A DNA stretch of 34,856 nucleotides from a virus (taxonomy: Duplodnaviria > Caudoviricetes). The stretch covers positions 1 to 34,856 of the IMG/VR virus record IMGVR_UViG_3300037962_000142, one strand, 5' to 3'. Within the stretch, counting starts at the first letter, position 1; each line of letters opens with the position of its first letter. Below, piece by piece: positions 16,717 through 25,529 of this stretch. The notes below the pieces were generated by a model. It did not search any database and was not told the DNA's origin. It saw only the letters and a program-made list of their open reading frames with translations. A program made the position numbers and the translations under genes.

Positions 16717-16938
16717 TTAATTCGCTTCGGTCTGCGCCTGAATCAACAGCGCGCACTGGGCAAACGCCATTTGTGCTGTCTCGTGCCGCTCAACAAGCTC
16801 ATTGATCTGAGCCTGATACTTCGCGATTTCCTGCTGAAGCCGGGCCTGCTTTGCCTGCAACTTTTCAATCGCAGGCGGAAGCTCCACAACCTCCGCTGTA
16901 TCTTCTTCTACCTCAAAATCTAGTGCTTCGTCGCTCAT
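16717..16938 (-). CDS. Small coiled-coil protein (73 aa)
   Basis: Acidic N-terminus plus heptad helix; in operon. Confidence 0.55.
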   Translation of the reverse strand: MSDEALDFEVEEDTAEVVELPPAIEKLQAKQARLQQEIAKYQAQINELVERHETAQMAFAQCALLIQAQTEAN

Positions 16939-17195
16939 GATGCTACATACGCCTTGCCGTTGGTGATCGCTGCCTTTGAGGCTGTCATATCCTCAGAACC
17001 CCAGTCCTCAAGAGCAACCATGATTTCAAGGTGTTCTACGTTTCTTGACACGGTCTCTTTCCGTTCTTCAACTGACATATTCTCTTTGTAAGCCGGGTCT
17101 GAATCAGTCCTAATGATGTCAATCAGGGAAACGGAGTGCCCCATTGCTTTGTAGTCTTGGGCCTTCTGCTCAGTGGTACGTGGTTCCGCTGCCAT
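16935..17195 (-). CDS. Hypothetical protein after tail fibre, possible fibre-associated factor (86 aa)
   Basis: TAATG-coupled to the tail fibre gene; AGGAG SD. Confidence 0.55.
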   Translation of the reverse strand: MAAEPRTTEQKAQDYKAMGHSVSLIDIIRTDSDPAYKENMSVEERKETVSRNVEHLEIMVALEDWGSEDMTASKAAITNGKAYVAS

Positions 17196-20100
17196 TATTT
17201 CTCCTTAATCTCTTTGAGTTCTGCCGAAAGTTCTTGAATTGCTGTAACTAGTATTGGAATGATGGCCCCCGGAGCGACCCTCTGCCTACCATCAGCCTCG
17301 TCTTCTGACCACATATCAAACCCGTCAGCTATTTCTGGATGCGCGTCGATAACGGCCTTGACCTCTTGGGCTATGAAACCGTGATTAGTTTTGTCGTTCA
17401 TTTCGCGTTCTTCAGAATCTTCATAGGCAAAATGATCTTTCGGCAAATCTTTCTTCTTCTTCCAATTGAAAGTTACAGGTCGCAGGTCATTGATAAAACT
17501 TAACCCTGCCTGTTGATTTTCAATGTTTTCTTTGTAGCGAACATCTGATGGGGCTGTTATTGAAGTTGCACCGAAAGCAATTGCAGAGTCGGTTGACCCG
17601 TTTCCAAAGCACAGGGAGTCATCTGCGTTGCCCGTAACATCTCGCCCTAAAACGATTTGATTATTGCTGTCGCCTCCACTGGTTCTGGCACTTCTGCCAA
17701 TGATTACGTTACTGTCTCCAGTCGTCAGAGGCACCGTGTCTTGGCCTGCGTTTCCCCCGATAATTACATTTGATGTTCCAAGAGAGACGCTATATCCCGC
17801 CTGATAGCCGAGAGCCACGTTATAAATATAAGTTGCAGAAGTCGTGTAATCGGAGGAGTACAAGGCTCTGTAGCCGACAGCGGTACTGCCGTGGTCATCT
17901 TGATTGGACCTTAGCGCGTTGTCGCCCACGGCTACGTTGTAGATGCCCGTGGTATTGCTGGTCATGGCTCGATAGCCAACGGCCGTGTTGTCTGCCGCAG
18001 TGGAAAGTTGCAGCGCAGCACCACCAACTGCCGTACTGTTAGAAACTGTGGTCGAGCTTTCAAGCGCCCCGAAGCCCAGCGCGGTATTACCCGCAGCGGC
18101 TCCTTCAATTTTTGAAAGAGCGTTTCTACCTACAGCAGTGTTGTAATCACCTGTGCCAGCGTTAGAAGCAGCCCCTCCACCAGCTTGGTGGCCGACGTAG
18201 GTGTTGTAATCTCCGGTCGTTAATTCTTTTCCTGATCTGCCTCCAATCATCGTATTTTGAGTACCAGAGGTCACGTTCTCCCCTGCAAAAGTTCCTAACG
18301 CATTGTTGTAATCTCCAGTAACATTGCCATCCTCCATTGAATAAGTACCAATAGAGACGTTCTGCGTTCCTGTAGTAATGCCACGACCTGCATGCATCCC
18401 TACGGCTACATTGTCCGTGTCCTCATTTGAAGCCTGATCTACTTGGAATAAAGCCTGATAGCCTATGGCAGTATTTCTGTCGCCTACAGTATTTTCTTTA
18501 AGTGCTTGGGTGCCTACGGCTGTGTTTAGATTTCCCGTAGTTGTGCCTTCCGCCGCGCCATATCCCACCGCTACGTTACTACCAGCAGTTGTCACCGCAG
18601 CAAGAGCGTGTCTCCCTACGGCTGTCGTATTAATCCCTTCTGTCAGAGCAGTAGCTGCACCTCTACCCACGGCGACGTTATCCGACCCAGTGGTAATTGC
18701 ATCCAGCGCCGTATAGCCGACAGCTGTATTGTTGGCTCCCGTGGTGACCTGTTGCATTGCAAAACCACCAATGGCGGTATTAGACCCTGCGGTAGTAGCA
18801 TTCTGGAGCGCCGTATAGCCGACCGCCGTATTGTAATTTCCAGTAGCCTCCGTATTGCTACCACCAGCGCCGTATCCAACCGCCACGGTGTATTCTGCGG
18901 TAGTGGCTTCATCACCAGCAAAAGCTCCGACATAGGTGTTGTTGTCGCCAGTGGTAATGGCTTCTCCCGCTAAATAACCCAATGCGGTGTTGTTGTTGGC
19001 ATCCCCGCTCTGAGCCTTCAAAGACCCATACCCGACAGCAGTGTTGTAGTTGCCAGTGTCATTTGCAGTAAGCGCCTGAGAGCCAACCGCCACGTTATAA
19101 AATGAGGTCGTAGCAGCATCCAGAGCTTGATAGCCAATAGCTACGTTGTTTTGGGCCGTAGTTGCTGCAATCATGGCATTCTTACCAAGAGCAACATTAG
19201 AGTGGCCCGAAGTTACAGCCTCTAGGGTAGAGTGACCAAGAGAAGTGTTCCCGTCCCCAGTGGAGGCGGAAGCAGAAGCTCCTCCGTTAGCGTTATAACC
19301 AACGGCAGTGTTGTAGTTTCCGCTAGAAACTTCTTCGCCACTATAGGCTCCAACAAAAGTATTTTCGGCTCCAGTGGTGTCATACCCCGCATTTCTGCCT
19401 ATAGCGGTGTTATTGCTGGCCGTCTCATTAGCGTGCAGCGCACTCTTACCTATTGCAATATTATTTGAAGCAGTGGTGATATTTACCCCGGCGTACTCTC
19501 CAATAGCCACGGTGTAGTTACCTGTGGTCTGAGCATAACCTGCTGCACGCCCTACAAAGGTATTGGAAATTCCAGAGGTTAAAGCATACCCAGCACCGCG
19601 ACCTATAGAAGTGTTATAGGAGCCTGTTGAAGTTGCGTTAGCAGCCCCCGACAGATAGCCAACAGCTACATTACCGCTTGCTGTAGATACTTCGTCTCCG
19701 GCCAAACCTCCAATAAAGACATTCTCAGTCCCGGTGGTTACATCGAACCCAGCGTTAAGACCTATCGCTACGTTATATGTATCAGTCTTGCTGTCAGGGT
19801 TCGCCTTATTCAAAGCGTTGTGGCCGATAGCAACGTTACGGTCTCCGTAAACATTACTAGTGAGAGCGTTGGAGCCTATCGCGACATTAACATCACCAGT
19901 CGTCACCGACTCAAGAGCTTTATACCCAAAGGATGTGTTGTAGTCTGATGTTGTTTCTGCTCCTGCAGCCCCTCCCCCCGCTCTGTAACCTACAGCAGTG
20001 TTGTAATCCCCAGTCGTGAGTTCCTGTGCAACCTCACCGCCTATTAGGGTATTAGCCACTCCGGTAGTTAGATCGTACCCAGCGTTATAGCCTAACGCCG

Positions 20101-21409
20101 TGTTGTACATATCCACATTACTAGCAGGATTCATGGCATAGAGAGATTGATAGCCGACCGCCGTATTTCTATCCCCAGTCGTGTTAGCCGTAAGGGCTCT
20201 GCCGCCCACAGCTACATTTGAATTTCCTGTGGTATTGGCAAGGAGGGCTTCGTCCCCCACAGCGGTGTTAGAACTACCCGTCGTCAAGGCACTTAAAGCG
20301 TTGTAGCCAATTGCGGTAACTCTATCTGCCGTCGTTATTGCATCAAGCGCATTGACGCCCAATGCCACGTTATATTGAGCGGTGCTAGTGGTTCCAGAAG
20401 GATCAGAACCAATCCAAATTGAACTGTTCTCTTTAAGCGCCGGGTCAAGGACGTTGAGTTCTGCTGCGGTTGATGTCACGGCGGTACTGCCAATAACTAA
20501 CCCGCTTGCAGGTACAACGACTCTTGCTGCGCCTGCCAGAATAAGATCATCTGCGGACTCATCCCACAGCATGTAGGCACTGGCGGTAGCACCAAAAAAC
20601 TTAACATCGTAGCCAGTGTCATCCGCGCCGACCGTGACCGTGCTATCAATCTGGACAGCACCATCTATATCGACAGCATCTAGATTGGTTGTTCCGTCTA
20701 CGTCGATATTCCCAGAAATATCTAACGATGCCGCTACAACTTCCCCGGCGAACGTAGCCTGAGTCGTTCCGGTTGCGATAGACATAACTGTCGCATCAGC
20801 GTCGTTCTTGATCGTGACATCAGTACTACTACCTTGGCCGGTAATAATGATGCCTTCCGCACTGGTGTAGCCGATTGCGGCATTGTCGCCAGCGGAGGTG
20901 TCTCCAGTTGCCTCAAGAGTAGCCGCAGTAATTACGCCAGACGCGGTCACCGTAGCCGCGGTCGTTGTACCCGTCAGATCAAGGTCAACCAGCGCATCTT
21001 GAACAGCAGCACCTGACCCGGCCCCGTCGAGATAAAGAACCTTAACGGCACCATTGCCCACATTGACCGTATTGCCAGAACCCTGCTTGATCGTAATTAT
21101 TTGAGACCCAGTAGTTGCGTTCTCAATGATCATGACGCGACTAACAGTATTGGGAGCAATAGTTAGCTCACGCGTTGCACTCAACGTCGCGGAAGAAGTG
21201 ATCTTAAAGTACATGGCCCGTGCAGGGTCCGTCGCACCATCCGCTACCGTGGTCGTAGCATTCGCATCAGAACCAAAACAGTCTTGAGTTCCGTACCCTA
21301 GAGCTTCGCCAATAAGCTCAAGGTTAGTATTCGTGCTCGTTCCCCAAGTTCCACTTTCATCGCCAGTGGCAATTTCTTTGAGCCGGAGATCATTTACATA
21401 AGTTGCCAT
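17195..21409 (-). CDS. Tail fibre/receptor-binding protein with ~14-aa N[TV]A[VIL]G repeats and C-terminal peptidase S74 chaperone (1404 aa)
   Basis: Start revised to ATG at 21407-21409 (MATYVNDL). N-terminal GDESGTWGTSTNTNL anchor, long beta-roll repeat region, SDVRYKENI autocleavage motif and HGFIAQEV. Confidence 0.88.
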   Translation of the reverse strand: MATYVNDLRLKEIATGDESGTWGTSTNTNLELIGEALGYGTQDCFGSDANATTTVADGATDPARAMYFKITSSATLSATRELTIAPNTVSRVMIIENATTGSQIITIKQGSGNTVNVGNGAVKVLYLDGAGSGAAVQDALVDLDLTGTTTAATVTASGVITAATLEATGDTSAGDNAAIGYTSAEGIIITGQGSSTDVTIKNDADATVMSIATGTTQATFAGEVVAASLDISGNIDVDGTTNLDAVDIDGAVQIDSTVTVGADDTGYDVKFFGATASAYMLWDESADDLILAGAARVVVPASGLVIGSTAVTSTAAELNVLDPALKENSSIWIGSDPSGTTSTAQYNVALGVNALDAITTADRVTAIGYNALSALTTGSSNTAVGDEALLANTTGNSNVAVGGRALTANTTGDRNTAVGYQSLYAMNPASNVDMYNTALGYNAGYDLTTGVANTLIGGEVAQELTTGDYNTAVGYRAGGGAAGAETTSDYNTSFGYKALESVTTGDVNVAIGSNALTSNVYGDRNVAIGHNALNKANPDSKTDTYNVAIGLNAGFDVTTGTENVFIGGLAGDEVSTASGNVAVGYLSGAANATSTGSYNTSIGRGAGYALTSGISNTFVGRAAGYAQTTGNYTVAIGEYAGVNITTASNNIAIGKSALHANETASNNTAIGRNAGYDTTGAENTFVGAYSGEEVSSGNYNTAVGYNANGGASASASTGDGNTSLGHSTLEAVTSGHSNVALGKNAMIAATTAQNNVAIGYQALDAATTSFYNVAVGSQALTANDTGNYNTAVGYGSLKAQSGDANNNTALGYLAGEAITTGDNNTYVGAFAGDEATTAEYTVAVGYGAGGSNTEATGNYNTAVGYTALQNATTAGSNTAIGGFAMQQVTTGANNTAVGYTALDAITTGSDNVAVGRGAATALTEGINTTAVGRHALAAVTTAGSNVAVGYGAAEGTTTGNLNTAVGTQALKENTVGDRNTAIGYQALFQVDQASNEDTDNVAVGMHAGRGITTGTQNVSIGTYSMEDGNVTGDYNNALGTFAGENVTSGTQNTMIGGRSGKELTTGDYNTYVGHQAGGGAASNAGTGDYNTAVGRNALSKIEGAAAGNTALGFGALESSTTVSNSTAVGGAALQLSTAADNTAVGYRAMTSNTTGIYNVAVGDNALRSNQDDHGSTAVGYRALYSSDYTTSATYIYNVALGYQAGYSVSLGTSNVIIGGNAGQDTVPLTTGDSNVIIGRSARTSGGDSNNQIVLGRDVTGNADDSLCFGNGSTDSAIAFGATSITAPSDVRYKENIENQQAGLSFINDLRPVTFNWKKKKDLPKDHFAYEDSEEREMNDKTNHGFIAQEVKAVIDAHPEIADGFDMWSEDEADGRQRVAPGAIIPILVTAIQELSAELKEIKEK
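17645..20375 (-). repeat. Roughly 60 degenerate 14-aa repeats (TTGxxNTAVGYxAL)
   Basis: Visible in the translation; similar to YadA-head-like beta-roll repeats. Count estimated from length. Confidence 0.9.
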
Positions 21410-21411
21410 TT

Positions 21412-22050
21412 CTAAACTACCTCTTCTTCCCAAGTAGCAACTTGAGAGCTACTAATTTCAGACCAACCCGGCGTCTGACTTGTCGAGACGCTAGTCCAAG
21501 ATGGTGTTTGAGATTCACTAATTGCCGCCCAAGACGGGGTTTGGCTACTAGATATTTGCGACCAATCTGGTGTTTGGCTGTCATCAACTTCTGACCAAAC
21601 CAAAACAACAGATGTTTCACCCTCTGCCGACACTCCAGTAACAGAGACAACTGCCTTAGCGACAACCGAAACACTTCCGACAAATCCTGTGCCAGAGAGG
21701 CCAGTCGCCTCCACAGTAGCGATGCCAGATACAGAAACAGACCCAACAGCGCCACTAGCACCAAGACCAGTTTCGGCAACAACTGCTGCGCCTGTAGTCG
21801 TAACCGAACCAACAGAGGCAGTACCTGCCGCGCCAGTAACTGAGACAGTAACTCCTGTCCCTGCTGTAACTGTGACTGAGCCGACCGAGCCAGTCGCTGC
21901 AACACCGGACGCTGAAACATCTGCGCCTGCAGTGACTGTTTCAGAGCCAACGCTACCTGTTCCGGCAACGCCAGTAACCTCGACAGGTATTGGCGAACCC
22001 CAAGTGCCTTGACCCCAAGTCCCTCTGCCCCAGCCGGAAACATTAGCCAA
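21412..22050 (-). CDS. Virion structural protein with WG N-terminal motif, V/T/G/A/S repeats and 11-aa Trp repeats (212 aa)
   Basis: TTG start after AGGAGGAG; GWGRGTWGQGTWG; C-terminal (SQTPxW) repeats. Confidence 0.7.
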   Translation of the reverse strand: MANVSGWGRGTWGQGTWGSPIPVEVTGVAGTGSVGSETVTAGADVSASGVAATGSVGSVTVTAGTGVTVSVTGAAGTASVGSVTTTGAAVVAETGLGASGAVGSVSVSGIATVEATGLSGTGFVGSVSVVAKAVVSVTGVSAEGETSVVLVWSEVDDSQTPDWSQISSSQTPSWAAISESQTPSWTSVSTSQTPGWSEISSSQVATWEEEVV

Positions 22051-22058
22051 CGCTCCTC

Positions 22059-22490
22059 CTAAACAATTCTTATAATTGCGTTAGAAGCATCTGCCGTTGG
22101 GAACTGAATCGTAAAATCGCCAGCAGTAGATGTCTTGTCTGCGCCAAAGTCCAGTATAGCGACAGCAGGGTCTCCACTAGCAGAGTCATTAAAAATCATT
22201 GCGCCTCTCGCAGTAATTGTGGCGCTACTCCATGTGGTATCAGCAAAGTCCGTAAAGCCAGTGGTCCCAGACGAGCTAGGATCAACACGGGTAAGAGTAT
22301 TTCCCTTCGCTGTATAATTCGTTCCGCTAACCTCATTGCTTGTTGTATACGCCGTTGTTGCCGCCCCAAGAGAGGCGCTACTGGTATACAAAGCAATGTT
22401 AAATGTGCTTCCGCCAGAGTTTTTGAAATTATGCACCGCTTCAAGAAGCTCTTTCTTAAAGCTAGTAGCCATAGCTTGCGTAATAGCCAT
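22059..22490 (-). CDS. Virion structural protein (143 aa)
   Basis: TSFKKELL...IALYTSSA...NEVSGTNY...DFGADKTSTAGDFTIQFP, a pattern I recognise from phage structural modules. Confidence 0.7.
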   Translation of the reverse strand: MAITQAMATSFKKELLEAVHNFKNSGGSTFNIALYTSSASLGAATTAYTTSNEVSGTNYTAKGNTLTRVDPSSSGTTGFTDFADTTWSSATITARGAMIFNDSASGDPAVAILDFGADKTSTAGDFTIQFPTADASNAIIRIV

Positions 22491-22775
22491 CTACATCTTC
22501 CTCAAAATTTCAGCTAATTCAGTTTCCCCAGCAAACACTAGCTCAGCTATCAAGCTGGACTTGCTGCTTTCAACAGCTTGAGCCATGTAATACCTAACAA
22601 CGTTTCTGACATCGTCTTTAAACGCTTCGGCTTGTGCTGCCACAAGTGGATGACTGTTACGCCCAACAGAGACAATAGTATTCGTAGCCCTGTCGGCCCA
22701 ATGGTCAATAGACAGCCCACCATCTTTCGTGGTTTGAACAGAAACAGAGCCAACAACACCTTCCATTAATGACAT
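22491..22775 (-). CDS. Hypothetical protein (94 aa)
   Basis: TAATG-coupled and abuts the next gene. Confidence 0.6.
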   Translation of the reverse strand: MSLMEGVVGSVSVQTTKDGGLSIDHWADRATNTIVSVGRNSHPLVAAQAEAFKDDVRNVVRYYMAQAVESSKSSLIAELVFAGETELAEILRKM

Positions 22776-23416
22776 TACTGCCTCGCAGCCAGAACAGAGC
22801 CGGAACGATAACTATCGGTAGTGCTGTAGCCTTCACCAAGAGCTTTAAGCTTAAGCAAGGCGTCCTCATACCTTCCGGCATAAAGTTGCAGCATGTCAGG
22901 GTCGCCTTTCATAAAGGTGTACGCCTCATAAAGACAGCCATACAACAAAGTGCTTTCTGCATTTGTTCCCAGCCAACTAGTCCCAGAAGAGGCTGCGGTA
23001 ATAGACTCGGGTTTGTAAAAGTAATGAAGCTCAACCGAGTAATTACTGTTTGGGGTAGGGCCTAGCAAAAAAGACGAGTCAGTAAAGATCGCGTAATACT
23101 TCGGAACCGCTTGAGTGGAAGCGGCAGGATAAGCCTCCCTAATCAAATTAACGTCTTTAAACAACAAATACTCATAGCCCGAGTTGTCTACTGCCAAAGA
23201 GTATGGTGCCAAAAAGTCATCAGGCATCGACAAATACTTATTGCCGCTTGTTGTCGTGCCGGTCGAGTTCTTCCTAAAGTCAGGCAATTGAGCAGACTTA
23301 AGGATTCTGTCCTCTGCCTGCTTGATGATTACCGACAAATTGTTAACGAAAGTTGTTTCGCTATTTTGCGTGTAATCCTGAATCGCCTGCTTCAGCGTGG
23401 TAAATGTCCAAGCCAT
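22775..23416 (-). CDS. Head-tail adaptor/tail tubular A-like protein (213 aa)
   Basis: LKQAIQDY...IKQAEDRI...PKYYA...GPTPNSNY.VELHYFYKP...LLYGCLYEAY. Confidence 0.7.
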   Translation of the reverse strand: MAWTFTTLKQAIQDYTQNSETTFVNNLSVIIKQAEDRILKSAQLPDFRKNSTGTTTSGNKYLSMPDDFLAPYSLAVDNSGYEYLLFKDVNLIREAYPAASTQAVPKYYAIFTDSSFLLGPTPNSNYSVELHYFYKPESITAASSGTSWLGTNAESTLLYGCLYEAYTFMKGDPDMLQLYAGRYEDALLKLKALGEGYSTTDSYRSGSVLAARQ

Positions 23417-23754
23417 TAAGTTACAACCGTTACTGTTCCAACTTTGCCAGTCATGTCCAGCCCCACAGTCCGGCTACCAAGTTCGGTAATACCGCCCCCG
23501 ACAGGATTCCAAGCAAAGAACTGCCTGCTTTCTTCCATAGACTGATCTGGTCTTGGATTCCTTAAAGCCTCCGGGTCATCAACCCTAACCCGGCCTAGTT
23601 GCAACTGAGGTTGATCTTCGTCAACCACATCCTTACCAACTAGTAAGCCGGTTGGCCTCTGATTAACAATTTGAGGAACCAAGTCTTTTTTCGGGTACCG
23701 AAACCCTGTTCGGTCACAGTACCCAAAAGCATATTTGCCGCTTGCGTAACTCAA
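23416..23754 (-). CDS. Small virion-module protein (112 aa)
   Basis: YASGKYAFGYCDRTGFRY...PQL...DPEALRNPRPD; coupled on both sides. Confidence 0.65.
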   Translation of the reverse strand: MSYASGKYAFGYCDRTGFRYPKKDLVPQIVNQRPTGLLVGKDVVDEDQPQLQLGRVRVDDPEALRNPRPDQSMEESRQFFAWNPVGGGITELGSRTVGLDMTGKVGTVTVVT

Positions 23755-24443
23755 AGCCGATACCCTCCGGGCGTCACAAACAATGATGCCTTTTCTCTGG
23801 AAGCATCAGCAGCCAAGTTCCAATGCTCCTCATATTCACTCTTGAGCAAGGTTGACCTATCAGACACTTCTGGATATTTCACAGAAAGGTTGTAAGCCAA
23901 TCCCGCAACCAGACACGGCAAGTATCTTGCCGGGACATCCATATTGTTGCTGGCTGGCTTACCTGCGTCCTCTATCCTCTCCATGTAGTAATAACCAAAG
24001 GTATATGTTTCTTGGCTGTCAGGAGCGGGCCAGAGGTTAATTACTATGCCGGTGGGAGTTCTTTCCACATAGTATTCAAGGGGCTTTGATTGAGTCAGCT
24101 TGTTGGATAGATGAGCATACTGGCTAACCGAAATACGGGTCATGCTCTGGTCAAACTGGCTGTCTGTGTCTCCAGCATCTGTACGCAGAAAAGCTTCTAC
24201 GATGTCAAAAATCTTGCCGTCCAGCGTATACGCACTAGTCCCAGCAGTTAAAGCTTGGGTGCCAAACTTAACAGTCCAGAGGTTTAATCCACGGTTTTGC
24301 CATTCCAGCATCAACAGGTCGATGCTTCTTCTGGCCGTCTTGTAATCGTAACCACTGCGAAGCTCTAGGCCAGCGCGTTCAAACGCCTCCTCTATGGCAT
24401 CGCCTAGATCCAAGTTAAACGTGAATGTTCCGCTGGTAGCCAT
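23751..24443 (-). CDS. Head-tail connector/adaptor protein (230 aa)
   Basis: IEEAFERAG...ARRSIDLLMLEWQNRGLNLWT...LWPAPD...PCLVAGLAY. Confidence 0.7.
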   Translation of the reverse strand: MATSGTFTFNLDLGDAIEEAFERAGLELRSGYDYKTARRSIDLLMLEWQNRGLNLWTVKFGTQALTAGTSAYTLDGKIFDIVEAFLRTDAGDTDSQFDQSMTRISVSQYAHLSNKLTQSKPLEYYVERTPTGIVINLWPAPDSQETYTFGYYYMERIEDAGKPASNNMDVPARYLPCLVAGLAYNLSVKYPEVSDRSTLLKSEYEEHWNLAADASREKASLFVTPGGYRL

Positions 24444-24728
24444 CTAAACAATGCGCCCCTTGGTTTTACCCTTAACGGCGGCCCCATCTATCGGTCTCTT
24501 TCGGGAGGTCTTCCCTCCCTCAAACATTTGAGCAGCCCCGGCCATATCAATCTGCCGCTTTATCCGCATAGCGTCTTCTTCTTCTAGCCGCTTTGCTTTT
24601 TCAGCACGCCTGTCTGCTCTACCTTTTGCTACCGCCGGGATAAGCCCCCCAGTAAGAACATCTTTTATGTCCACGTTTTTTGCAAGAGCCGGTAAAGCGC
24701 CCCCGGCAAGAACATCTTTAAGTTTCAT
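24444..24728 (-). CDS. Small basic protein with MFEGGKTS motif and DGAAVKGKTKGRIV tail (94 aa)
   Basis: Internal duplication KDVLAGGALPALAK / KDVLTGGLIPAVAK; in operon. Confidence 0.65.
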   Translation of the reverse strand: MKLKDVLAGGALPALAKNVDIKDVLTGGLIPAVAKGRADRRAEKAKRLEEEDAMRIKRQIDMAGAAQMFEGGKTSRKRPIDGAAVKGKTKGRIV

Positions 24729-24730
24729 TA

Positions 24731-24946
24731 CTAAGACCTCCGAGAGCTACGCTTTCTTTTGCCTGCTGCTTCACTAAGCGCAATAGCAATTGCCTGTTTT
24801 CGATTCTTAACCTTCTTCCCGGAGCCGCCAGACTTAAGCTTCCCCGCCTTAAACTCTTTCATCACCTTGGAAACCTTCGCCTGCTTTTTCTTCTTGGATG
24901 AAGAATTTTTAATCTGCTTGCCCATCTGTGCCCGACTAATAGTCAT
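24731..24946 (-). CDS. Small Lys-rich protein with capsid-like N-terminus (71 aa)
   Basis: MTISRAQMGKQI; KVMKEFKAGKLKSG...KQAIAIALSEA. Confidence 0.7.
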   Translation of the reverse strand: MTISRAQMGKQIKNSSSKKKKQAKVSKVMKEFKAGKLKSGGSGKKVKNRKQAIAIALSEAAGKRKRSSRRS

Positions 24947-25278
24947 TAGCCCTTACCAAACTTTTGTTTCTGGCTTTTTGGTGGACTCTTCTTGCTTCCG
25001 CCTTTCCCTGACCAGAAAACCTTGTTTGCCCAATATGCAGCAGAGGTAGGGCCTTTCTTTATATTCTTGGCATGCCTCGCCTTAAAGGACTTACGAGCCT
25101 CTGCCGAATAATTGTGCCCCATCTTCTGATCACCAAACCGGATGATCTTTACTTTGCCACCATCCCTTACAGCCACCACACCCTTCTTCGTAGGATGCTT
25201 AGGCGTTCTTTTAGGCTTATTTAGACCGCTAAGACCAGCCTTTTTTAGCCTATTCTTTTCAGCGTCAGTTAAGCTCAT
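24946..25278 (-). CDS. Small Lys-rich protein (110 aa)
   Basis: NKPKRTP...KIIRFG...RKSFKARH...SAAYWANKVFW. Confidence 0.7.
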   Translation of the reverse strand: MSLTDAEKNRLKKAGLSGLNKPKRTPKHPTKKGVVAVRDGGKVKIIRFGDQKMGHNYSAEARKSFKARHAKNIKKGPTSAAYWANKVFWSGKGGSKKSPPKSQKQKFGKG

Positions 25279-25529
25279 TTGCGATGCCTCGCCGTCTTCT
25301 TGGCTATCTTCTTTGGCTGCTTAGAATGTTGCTTTCCTTTCTTAGTATCGGACCTCTTTTTCCTTGAGGTCGCCGCATACTCTTTGTCGCTAAGAGCCTC
25401 TCTGGCTTTCTTTGGCAGGTACCTCTCTCCAGTAGCCTTTTTGCCCTGAGTAGAGGGCTTTCCAGACTTGGTCCCCCACTCCTGCTTAGTCCACTTCTTA
25501 AGAGACTTCTGGGGTTTCTTAAAGGCCAT
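25275..25529 (-). CDS. Small Lys-rich protein (84 aa)
   Basis: QKSLKKWTKQEWGTKSG...GERYLPKKA. Confidence 0.7.
   Translation of the reverse strand: MAFKKPQKSLKKWTKQEWGTKSGKPSTQGKKATGERYLPKKAREALSDKEYAATSRKKRSDTKKGKQHSKQPKKIAKKTARHRK

Noticed and set aside
17195-21409. Diversity-generating retroelement target in the tail fibre
   Set aside because: No reverse transcriptase and no adenine-variant template/variable repeat pair seen in the window; the C-terminus is an S74 chaperone.
21410-21433. TTG start (MGRRGSLE) for the tail fibre
   Set aside because: ATG at 21409 follows the upstream stop with GAGG before it and gives a typical MATY start.
21613-21620. Second parS-like sequence TGTTTCAC
   Set aside because: Half-site only and inside a coding region.
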